Below, piece by piece: positions 29,479 through 37,156 of a stretch of 64,000 nucleotides of DNA (positions are counted from its first letter, which is position 1; each line of letters starts with the position of its first letter). This DNA is from Planctomycetota bacterium (GTDB taxonomy: Bacteria; Planctomycetota; JAJSAM01; JAJVHW01): positions 7,645 through 71,644 of the forward strand of contig JAJRVY010000179.1 in NCBI GenBank assembly GCA_024277065.1. Direction: 5' to 3'. The position numbers and the translations under genes were made by a program. The notes under the pieces are model-generated. The model saw only the letters and a list, made by a program, of their open reading frames with translations, was not told the DNA's origin and did no database searches.

Positions 29479-30722
29479 CGTTCGATCCTGCGGTGGCGGT
29501 AGGGCTCCTGGAGCATGAGGACACCGAGCGCCGTGGCGAACACGCGCCCGCCCGTCAGCCGCTCGTACTCGCCGACCGGGTCCCATGAGCCGGCGGCGCA
29601 GCCGTCGTCGCGCTGGTGGCCGACGAGCGCGCCCTTCAGCTTGCCCCACCACGCCGTCCACGTGCTGCCCCCTGCCTGGTGCGTGGCGATGGTGCCGTAC
29701 CACCACTGGTACATGGACAGGTGGCCGAGCTGCACCTCGATCTCGCGGCCACGGACCTTCGCCTTGCGGAACGAGATCTTCCACACGGGCCGTTTCCTGG
29801 CGAGCAGTGCCAGCGAGCGCTTGTGCGCGGCGCCGTCGAGACCGACCCCGAGGAGCGCGCGCATCGCCGCCGCGAGGTGCGCGTTCGTCGTCGTGGGCGT
29901 GTAGCCGTACCTGCGACCGTCCACCAGGTACGCCACGCGGCCCTTGGCATCGACCTCGAGCGTGTCCATCCACGTCCCGACGCCCGCGCCGAGGTCGTCC
30001 GGCACGTCGCCGCCCGCATCGCGCGCGGCGATGAGGGCCTGCACGCAGAGCGCGGAGTACGGCATGTCCGAGCCCGGCCGCCAGGGCGCGGCGTAGCCCC
30101 AGGCGCCGTCCTTCTGCCGCTTGCCGAGCAGCGCCGCGACACCGCGATCGACGTCGTCGCGGTAGCGCCCCGCGCGCTCCATGGCCTCGGCCTCGGCGAA
30201 ACAGAGGGTCGCGAGGGGAAGCGCCCACGTGCCGCTCGCGCTGCGCAGGCGCTCCAGGCTGCGCTCGACCAGATCGGCGTATGGATCGTCCGGCGTGCCC
30301 GGCAGATGGCCGTCACCGAGGAACGCCAGCGTCGCGAGGGCGGAGATCGCGTCGTCGAAGGGGCATGGCACGGGCTCGCCGTGCTGCCCCTTGCCGACGC
30401 CGTCGCAGGGCTCGCGGTCCTGCTCGACCGAAACCGCACACCGCGCGGCGAAGTCGTCGGCGTCCCAGCCCCCGCCCTCGGCGGCATGGCGCGCGAGCCA
30501 GTCGAGCCCCTCGCGCATCGACTTCTCGGTCAGCGTGTTGGCGCCGTTCCTGCGCGCCGCTCTGACCCGCTCCTCTCCGCGGCGCGGGCCGATCAGGCGC
30601 GGTTCGGGCAGCCGCGTCGCAGGCTCGGAGCCGGCCGCCGCGGCGGGCTCGTCGGCATCCTGCGCGGCCGCTGCGATGGCGGCGAGGGCGAGCAGGGCGG
30701 CGGCGCGGGGGACGAGACGCAT
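29475..30722 (-). CDS. Secreted protein with prenyltransferase/squalene-oxidase-like (terpenoid cyclase / A2M-type alpha-alpha toroid) repeats
   Basis: Signal peptide. Repeats of the G-W / QW-like type: GGWDADDF, DGAWGY, WWYGTIATHQAGGSTW. Confidence 0.55.
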   Translation of the reverse strand: MRLVPRAAALLALAAIAAAAQDADEPAAAAGSEPATRLPEPRLIGPRRGEERVRAARRNGANTLTEKSMREGLDWLARHAAEGGGWDADDFAARCAVSVEQDREPCDGVGKGQHGEPVPCPFDDAISALATLAFLGDGHLPGTPDDPYADLVERSLERLRSASGTWALPLATLCFAEAEAMERAGRYRDDVDRGVAALLGKRQKDGAWGYAAPWRPGSDMPYSALCVQALIAARDAGGDVPDDLGAGVGTWMDTLEVDAKGRVAYLVDGRRYGYTPTTTNAHLAAAMRALLGVGLDGAAHKRSLALLARKRPVWKISFRKAKVRGREIEVQLGHLSMYQWWYGTIATHQAGGSTWTAWWGKLKGALVGHQRDDGCAAGSWDPVGEYERLTGGRVFATALGVLMLQEPYRHRRIER

Positions 30723-30793
30723 GGAGAGATGCTACTCCGCTCGGACGAAGCGGGCGCCCCGGACGTTCCACCACCGGAGTCGTGCGTCGGATG

Positions 30794-31645
30794 TCAGGCG
30801 TCGCGCGCGGGAGTGAACACATGGCACGTGCTGCGGAACGGCAGATCGCGGGCGTATTTCCGCGCCACGTGGTCGGCGCTGCGCAGGAAGTCCGCGCGGA
30901 ACGCGTCGCCGCGGCGGCCCGCGATCTTGTGGCTCTGCCCGGACTCCTCGATGAGCGTGCCGCCGGGCGTGAAGAGCTTGTGCACGATGGGCGCGTCGAT
31001 GACGTAGCTGCGCCGTCCGCTCTTGCGGGCGGCGAGACAGATCTCCGCGCCGTAGCAGTGGAAGCCGGGATGCTCGGGGTCGAACGAGAGACCGCTCGAC
31101 GCGCGGAAGCCGAGCCACAGCTCGTCGAGGATCTGCACCTCCAGCGGCAGGCCCTCGCGCGGCGGGGCGTGGTAGCGATGGGGGTCGCTCCAGTGCCCGA
31201 CGTTCGGCGGCTCGCCGCCGTCGGGGCGTTCCGGCGCGCGACCGGCGGCGCCGATCACGCCCCACTGCGGATCGCGTCCCGCGAGGTCCGCCAGCGCCGC
31301 GAACAGCCGCTGCTCCCAGTCCGGGGGGAACAGCACGTCCTGGTGGACGTGGAAGCGCAGGTCGTGCGCGGCGCGCCGCGCGGCCTCGACGTAGAGACGC
31401 GAGATCGAGGAGTAGGCCCGGTTGCCGCGATTCTCGACGAACAGCCACTGGTGCCCGCCATGGCGGTAGCAATCGCTCACGAGCACGTGCCGCCGCAGCT
31501 CGCGCGGGTCGTCCACGGCCACGATGAACGTGATCGGTTCGGCGTTCGGGATCGCGGCGAAGGGGCGGTGGCTCTGGATGGGCGGCAGCCGGCGGCGCCT
31601 CGCGATGCCGCGTGCGAACTTGGCGTAGCGACGCGGGAAGCGCAC
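30794..31645 (-). CDS. Putative glycosyltransferase (GT2-like)
   Basis: ITFIVAVDDP (DxD-like) and HCYGAEICLAARKSGRRSYVIDAPIVH resemble GT2-family blocks. Moderate confidence. Confidence 0.45.
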   Translation of the reverse strand: MRFPRRYAKFARGIARRRRLPPIQSHRPFAAIPNAEPITFIVAVDDPRELRRHVLVSDCYRHGGHQWLFVENRGNRAYSSISRLYVEAARRAAHDLRFHVHQDVLFPPDWEQRLFAALADLAGRDPQWGVIGAAGRAPERPDGGEPPNVGHWSDPHRYHAPPREGLPLEVQILDELWLGFRASSGLSFDPEHPGFHCYGAEICLAARKSGRRSYVIDAPIVHKLFTPGGTLIEESGQSHKIAGRRGDAFRADFLRSADHVARKYARDLPFRSTCHVFTPARDA

Positions 31646-31864
31646 CAGAGCTGCTTCGTCCGAATCCGCGCGCAGCGTGCGCCAGACCTGCAGGGCGGCG
31701 CCCTCGTCGCGGCGCGGGCGGCGGGTCGGTCCCTGCGCGCCGGTCGCGCGGTTGACACGCTCCTCCGGATCGAGCTCGAGGTCGTACTCCTCGCTCCAGC
31801 TCAGGACGCCGATCGTGGACTCGATGCACTTGCGCGGCCAGCGGATCGAGCAGCGGCTCGCGAG

Positions 31865-32968
31865 TTAGTGGCGCGTACGGTCGTAGCGCCGCAGCCGTTC
31901 GCCGACCTCGCCGGGCGGCAGGTACAGGTAGCCGAGGTCCTCGGCGTACACCGCGCGGCGCTCGGGCGGGTCGCGCAGGTCGGCGCCCGCGAGGTTGCCG
32001 GTCGCGGCGCCGCCCAGCCGCAGCATCGTGGGGGCGATGTCGATCACGGAGCACGGCGCGCTGATCGTCGTGCCCGGGGCCGGCGCGTTCGCGGTGCCCG
32101 GCGGGAAGAGGATCAGCAGTGGCACGCGCAGGAGATCGTCGTGCAGCCGGCCGCAGTGGTGGACGCGCTCGGCGTCCCCGTCGAAGCCCTCGCCGTGGTC
32201 GCTCACGATGACGACGACGGTCCGCCCGAGGTCCACGCCGGACAGCGTCTCGCGCAGCCTGCGATCGAACTCCGCGACGCAGCCGTCGTACTTGGCCAGC
32301 AGCCCGTCGCGGAGGTCGGCGCCGGAGAGGCCGTCCGGAGGCTCTCTCCAGATCCACGGCCCGTCGCGGAAGCGTCGCAGCGGCGCCGGGAGCGGGCGCC
32401 CGAGGAAGGGCTCCACGTCCACGCACCACGGCCGGTCCTCGTCGTAGTCGTGCACGAGGTTCGTGTGCAGCATCGCGAACCAGGGCCGGGCGTCGTCCGC
32501 GCGGCCGGTCAGCCACTCGGAGAAGGCGCGGAAGGGTCCGTCCTTGTCCTGCTTGTGGAACCAGCGGTACGTCTCGAAGCCCTCTTGCCAGCCGAAGTGC
32601 TTCCAGACCTCGGTACGACGCTCGAAGCCGGCGGCGTCGAGTTCCTCGCGGGAGATGTCGTCGGGCACGAGGTTGCCGTTGTTGCCGATCCCGAGCGTGG
32701 CGAAGCCGTCGCCGAGCAGCGCCGGGATCTTCGCCGCGCGGAACCTCTCGTCGTGGTGGATCAGCCCGTGCCCCGTGGGCATGAGGCCGGTGACGATCGA
32801 CGCGCACGCGGGCAGGGTCCAGCCGCACGTCGTGAAGCAGCGCGTGTACGTCACACCGCGCCGGGCGAGCTGGTCCAGGAAGGGTGTCCGCGCCCGCTCC
32901 AGGCCGGTGAACCCGAGGCGATCCGCGCGCAGGGCATCGACGATCACCAGGAGGAGGTTCGGCGGCAT
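31865..32968 (-). CDS. Sulfatase-family (alkaline-phosphatase superfamily) hydrolase/transferase
   Basis: Begins LLLVIVDALRADRLG and contains VIVSDHGEGFD blocks typical of PF00884. No canonical C-x-P-x-R, so it could equally be the LTA-synthase / phosphotransferase type. Confidence 0.7.
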   Translation of the reverse strand: MPPNLLLVIVDALRADRLGFTGLERARTPFLDQLARRGVTYTRCFTTCGWTLPACASIVTGLMPTGHGLIHHDERFRAAKIPALLGDGFATLGIGNNGNLVPDDISREELDAAGFERRTEVWKHFGWQEGFETYRWFHKQDKDGPFRAFSEWLTGRADDARPWFAMLHTNLVHDYDEDRPWCVDVEPFLGRPLPAPLRRFRDGPWIWREPPDGLSGADLRDGLLAKYDGCVAEFDRRLRETLSGVDLGRTVVVIVSDHGEGFDGDAERVHHCGRLHDDLLRVPLLILFPPGTANAPAPGTTISAPCSVIDIAPTMLRLGGAATGNLAGADLRDPPERRAVYAEDLGYLYLPPGEVGERLRRYDRTRH

Positions 32969-33211
32969 CGCTCACAAGGGGAACCGCGGGCACCGGTCGC
33001 GGCCAGGATTCCGCGCCGCCGGGTCGCCCCGCGCGCCGCCGTCACGTCCCTCTGCGAGACCTCAACGAGAACCGCCCCGCGGTGGGCGACCGCGGGGCGA
33101 GATGTTGCCGAGGGAGCTGCGCATGGGAAGGGAAGGGAGGGGGAGGCGTCAGCTTTACGCGAGGTTCGCAACCCCGGCACCCTCTCCAACCGACTTCGAG
33201 CCGCTGCAATT

Positions 33212-33249
33212 CCCTCCGAGAATCCGGGGGCCCTCCGAGAATCCGGGGG
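33212..33249. repeat. Perfect tandem direct repeat, 2 x 19 bp (CCCTCCGAGAATCCGGGGG), immediately 3' of the basic-protein gene. A GGGAA-rich purine tract lies at 33124-33146.
   Basis: Read directly from the sequence. Confidence 0.6.
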
Positions 33250-33261
33250 ACAGCGCTGCGA

Positions 33262-33576
33262 TCAGCGCTCGTCCTTCGGCGTGAGGCCACGGCCCGCGAG
33301 CATCTTGCGCACGCGTGCCTTCTTCTGCTCGGGCGTCATCGTCGCCCAGGGGTTCTTGCGCGGCTTCGAACTCTTCTTGCGCGTTTTCTTCGGTGCGGCG
33401 GCCTTGACCACCGCCGGCTTGCGGCCACGGCGGGCGGGGGCGCTGCCATCGACGAGGCTGCGGACGTCGGCGAGTGCGTTCTCGCGACCTTCCTTGCGCG
33501 CCGCGGCGACCAGTTTCTCGAGTCGGTCGGTCAGGTCCTTCAATAGCGCGTCCGTGTTGTTCGCGACTCTCGGCAT
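33262..33576 (-). CDS. Small basic (Lys/Arg-rich C-terminus) hypothetical protein, possibly nucleic-acid binding
   Basis: ATG at 33576 preceded by GAGGGAA. 104 aa with a KKTRKKSSKPRKNP tail. Confidence 0.45.
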   Translation of the reverse strand: MPRVANNTDALLKDLTDRLEKLVAAARKEGRENALADVRSLVDGSAPARRGRKPAVVKAAAPKKTRKKSSKPRKNPWATMTPEQKKARVRKMLAGRGLTPKDER

Positions 33577-34234
33577 GGGGTTCCCTCGTTTCGTGGGTGT
33601 TTGATGGACAGGTCCGAGTCGAAACTGCCGACTCAATCGCAGGCATTCAATCCGAAACGGCGCGCGTCCACGACGACATTCTCCGCGGGCACGCGCGCTC
33701 GTCGCTCGGCGCGCTGCGCTCCGCCCGTCGCGCGGCGTGTTCGGAGCCCGGGCTGCACGCCGCGGCGCAGACGACGGCGCGTGACCGTGGCGTGCGACGG
33801 AGGATGGAGCCCCGAGCCCTCGCGTTCACCGTGTGCAACGTGCCCGTCGCGCCGGGGCGTCGCGTCCAGGGATCTGGACAGGCGATGCTGCGCGAATACC
33901 TCGGCATTCCAGGAAAAGCATCGTTCGCGAATCGCCATAGTTCCGTGAAGGACGCGCTCCTGCGTCCGGATCTCACTGCCGTGCGCGACGATCGTCCTCC
34001 GTCATCCGACTGCTCCGAGTGGGCCTCCTGGCTGCCGGACAGGCTCCACGGGAGCCTCGGATCGGCGCCGGACCGCGCCGTTGACACCCACCTGCTCACC
34101 TGCGACGCGTGCCTGGCGAGGTTCATCGCCTGCGTGCTCGGCGCGTGCTCGCCGTCGCAGCAGCCCGTTCCGGCATAGCACTTGCCTCGTGCCTCTTCGC
34201 GTGGCCGCTGCAAGGCCCGCCGGAGGCGACGCGT

Positions 34235-34896
34235 TGACCAGCAGGCATGAGGCGAGGCACGACGACCACTCGGGGCGCAAGCCCCTGGAGTCCCATCGTC
34301 GGCGTTCGGGCGCGCCGCGGGGCGGTGCGCCCGAGGACACGTCGCACGAGGCGCTGATCGCTGACCTCGCCGACGACGAGGCGACGTCCGCCTTCCTCGC
34401 GAAGATCTGTTTCATCGCCCGCGCCCGCTACGGGATCCTGCCGCAGGACGCCGAGGACATCTTCCACGAGGCCGTTGCGACGTACCTGTCCGTTCATACC
34501 AGGTACTCTCCTTCGGACAATCACTACGGGCTGCTCGTCGGGATCTTTCACAAGAAGGCGCTCGAGCATCTCGGAGCGCGCGACCGCGACGGTCGTCTGG
34601 CGCGTCGATTCGTCACGCGAATGCGGTCCGAGCGGCCCGTTGCGGCACGCGGCGAGGATCCGCTCGGGACGACGTCCGAGATCGTGATCCGCGAGGAGGA
34701 CGCGAAGCTCATCCGCGACGCGATCGACTCCTTGCACGAGGACGCCCGCGAGATGCTCCTCGCGCTCGCCGAGGGCAAGCTGACGCGATTGCAGATGATC
34801 GAGGCGCTGGGCGTCAACCGCAATACGTTCGACACGCGGCTGCGCGCGCTGCGGCTGAAGCTGCGCCGCAAGTTGCTGCGCTCCGGCGTACTCTGA
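34235..34896 (+). CDS. ECF-type RNA polymerase sigma factor (sigma-70 region 2 and region 4)
   Basis: Region 2 (FLAKICFIARARYGILPQDAEDIFHEAVATYL) and region 4 HTH (LLALAEGKLTRLQMIEALGVNRNTFDTRLRALRLKLRRKL). The start is uncertain: TTG at 34235 or ATG at 34081. Confidence 0.7.
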
Positions 34897-35103
34897 GGCC
34901 GTACAGCCCGCGCTGCCGGCGTAGGACTTGGCGTTCGTTCCGTACCTCGATTACTTTCGCCTCGGAATAGTGGGCCGACCTTCGCGGTTGTGGCCCGCGG
35001 CGCGGGTGCGGACGGCCGCCGTCCCTCGTCCTCCCGCATGGTGCGGGGAAGTGTGTGTCGGCTGTCCGGCCCCGCGGGGCCGAAATCAGAGGGAGTGATT
35101 TCG

Positions 35104-35418
35104 ATGGAGAAGACGAAGGTCTTCGGCGCCCTGCGCGCCACGACGCTGGTCGCGCTCGCGGCAGGCGGCCTGATGTTCGCGACCACCGGCTGTCAGAGCG
35201 GCGACGGCGATTCCGCCGCCGAGAAGTCGTGTGGCGACATGGGCGCCGAGAAGTCGTGCGGCGACATGGGCGGCGAAAAGTCCTGTGGTGACATGGGCGC
35301 GGAGAAGGCCGCCGGCGAGAAGTCGTGCGGCGACATGAACGGCGAGAAGTCGTGCGGCGACATGAAGGGCGGCAAGGCCGACGGCGAGAAGTCCTGCGGC
35401 GAGAAGAGCTGCGGCTGA
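35104..35418 (+). CDS. Lipoprotein made of tandem (A/G)EKSCGDM(G/N/K)G repeats. Cys/Met/Asp-rich, so putatively metal-binding.
   Basis: Signal peptide with lipobox ATTGC. The ATG is preceded by GGGAG. Seven or eight near-identical 9-aa repeats. Confidence 0.6.
   Translation: MEKTKVFGALRATTLVALAAGGLMFATTGCQSGDGDSAAEKSCGDMGAEKSCGDMGGEKSCGDMGAEKAAGEKSCGDMNGEKSCGDMKGGKADGEKSCGEKSCG
35221..35415 (+). repeat. 27-bp tandem DNA repeats (GAGAAGTCGTGCGGCGACATGGGCGGC and variants) encoding the EKSCGDMG units
   Basis: Seen directly in the sequence. Confidence 0.8.
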
Positions 35419-35494
35419 TCCCGAGATGCGGACGACCGCCGGAGGGCACCCGATCCGCGGGTTGCGTCCGGTCATCGACCGCTGAGACGGATAC

Positions 35495-35535
35495 GAGGGG
35501 GCGGCGTCCGCGAGGGCGCCGCCCCTCTTCGATTC
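35495..35535. terminator. Bidirectional rho-independent terminator (GAGGGGGCGGCG...CGCCGCCCCTC followed by TTCGATTCCTTCG) between the lipoprotein and bfd-like genes
   Basis: GC stem of about 11 bp followed by a T-rich tract. Confidence 0.5.
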
Positions 35536-35566
35536 CTTCGATTGCGCTGCGCGTTGCCGCCGGGCG

Positions 35567-35857
35567 TCAGCCGCGCGGGTCGGGATCGCCCGTGGCCAGC
35601 TTGCGCCGGTACTCCTCGCGCCGCCGCTTGAACTCCTCGGCGCTCATGGCGGGCTCCGGTTCCCGTCCCGCCATCACGTCCTCGTGGATCTTCTCGAGGA
35701 ATGGGATGCACCAACCGCATCCGGTGCCGGCGGAGAGGCATTCCGAGATCAGCGAGACGACGCGCGGTCGTTCCCGCCGCACGTAGCGGACGACCTTGCC
35801 GCGGCGGACGTGGAAACAGATGCAGACGTGGGGATCGTCGTCTTCGGCGGCGTGCAT
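35567..35857 (-). CDS. BFD-like [2Fe-2S]-binding domain protein (bacterioferritin-associated ferredoxin-like)
   Basis: C-x-C ... C-x2-C cysteine pattern (VCICFHV ... GTGCGWC) in a 96-aa protein. Confidence 0.65.
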   Translation of the reverse strand: MHAAEDDDPHVCICFHVRRGKVVRYVRRERPRVVSLISECLSAGTGCGWCIPFLEKIHEDVMAGREPEPAMSAEEFKRRREEYRRKLATGDPDPRG

Positions 35858-35983
35858 GGGGCCATCGTCCCGCACGGCCCGCCGCTGCCCCAGGACGATC
35901 GCCGGGAATGCGCCGCGCGGGAGCGCTGTTGGTGGAGGCGACGCGGCCCCGGCGCCGCCGGCGATGCGACGTACGCAGGAGCA

Positions 35984-36640
35984 ATGAAGATGCAGAACAC
36001 GACGAAGACCGCGATCCTCGCCCTCGGCCTCGCTGCCGGCGCACTGCTCGGCACGGCCGCAGCGCAGGAGTCCGGCACCCTCTTCCACGTCGGGACCGAC
36101 GCCAAGCACACGAACGTCGCGTTCGTCTCGGAGGCCGAGATCGAGACGATCCACGGCATCACGCACGAGATGAGCGGCACGTTCTTCGTCGATTTCGACG
36201 AGCTCGAGGGACGCACGAAGCTGACGATCCCCGTCTCGGGGCTGCGCACGGGCATCGATTCCCGTGACGGTCACCTGCGCAGTGACGCCTGGCTCGACGC
36301 CGAGAAGTTCCCGAGCATCACGCTCGCCAGCAGCGACATCACGCTGACGGCCAAGAACGCCGAGCGGGGCATCTACGCTGCGAAGGTGAAGGGCGAGCTG
36401 ACGATCCACGGCGTCACGAAGGCGCGCACCTTCGACGCCACGGTGATCAAGCTGCCGGCGAGCATCTCGAAGAAGCTCGGCGCCGGCGATTGGGTGAAGA
36501 TCACGTCGAAGTTCGAGGTCAAGCTGTCAGACCACGACGTGTCCATCCCGAACCCCGAGATGGTCGGTCCGAAGGTGAACGACACCTGGAACGTCTCGAT
36601 CAGCCTGTTCGGCACGACCGAGGCGCCACGCCGCCGCTGA
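35984..36640 (+). CDS. YceI-like periplasmic (polyisoprenoid-binding) protein
   Basis: Signal peptide. The YceI family spans the whole length (GTFFVDF..., DSRDGHLRS..., TIHGVTK). AGGAG RBS. Confidence 0.8.
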   Translation: MKMQNTTKTAILALGLAAGALLGTAAAQESGTLFHVGTDAKHTNVAFVSEAEIETIHGITHEMSGTFFVDFDELEGRTKLTIPVSGLRTGIDSRDGHLRSDAWLDAEKFPSITLASSDITLTAKNAERGIYAAKVKGELTIHGVTKARTFDATVIKLPASISKKLGAGDWVKITSKFEVKLSDHDVSIPNPEMVGPKVNDTWNVSISLFGTTEAPRRR

Positions 36641-36672
36641 GGCCCCGGCTGTCACGGATACGGTGGAGCCAC

Positions 36673-37122
36673 ATGAAGGAGATCATCCCCGTGCTGCTCG
36701 CCGCCGCGCTGCTCGCCGTCCTGGCCTATCCGGGGGCTCTCGCGATCGACGCCGTCTACGGGGCCGACGTCTACCTGCTGTCGTCGGTCAACGACGACGG
36801 CACCATCCAGATGAACCGCGAGCTCTACGCCTACACGTCGGAGGGGCTCTCCGGCGACGAGCAGCTCGCCGCCGTCATCGAGATCTACGGTTCGAGCCCG
36901 AAGCCGGAGATCGAGCGCGTGCTGCTCTGGGGCGACGCCGCGGTCATCCGACCCGCCGAACTCCCGGGCGTGGCGTTCCTGCCCGCGGGCTCGGCCGGCG
37001 GGGAGTACCCTGCCCAGACGCAGTCGCTGCTCTACGTCACGAAGTCGGTGTCGCTCGCCGCGCTCGCAGCAGCGCTCGTCCTGTTCATGCTGCTCCGTCT
37101 CGTCGTCCGCAGGCAGGACTGA
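36673..37122 (+). CDS. Hypothetical protein with an N-terminal signal peptide and a C-terminal TM anchor
   Basis: 149 aa. MKEIIPVLLAAALLAVLAYPGALA at the N-terminus. C-terminal hydrophobic helix followed by RRQD. Confidence 0.45.
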   Translation: MKEIIPVLLAAALLAVLAYPGALAIDAVYGADVYLLSSVNDDGTIQMNRELYAYTSEGLSGDEQLAAVIEIYGSSPKPEIERVLLWGDAAVIRPAELPGVAFLPAGSAGGEYPAQTQSLLYVTKSVSLAALAAALVLFMLLRLVVRRQD

Positions 37123-37156
37123 CGCACCGCGTCCGGCCGGGCCGCCTCCGATCCTG

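Noticed and set aside
33474-34213. Long ORFs on both strands between the basic-protein gene and the ECF sigma gene (33474-34178 on the plus strand, 33647-34213 on the minus strand).
   Set aside because: No family similarity or convincing start/RBS. Only the C-terminal H-x3-C-x2-C motif is notable, and it is reported separately as a low-interest finding.
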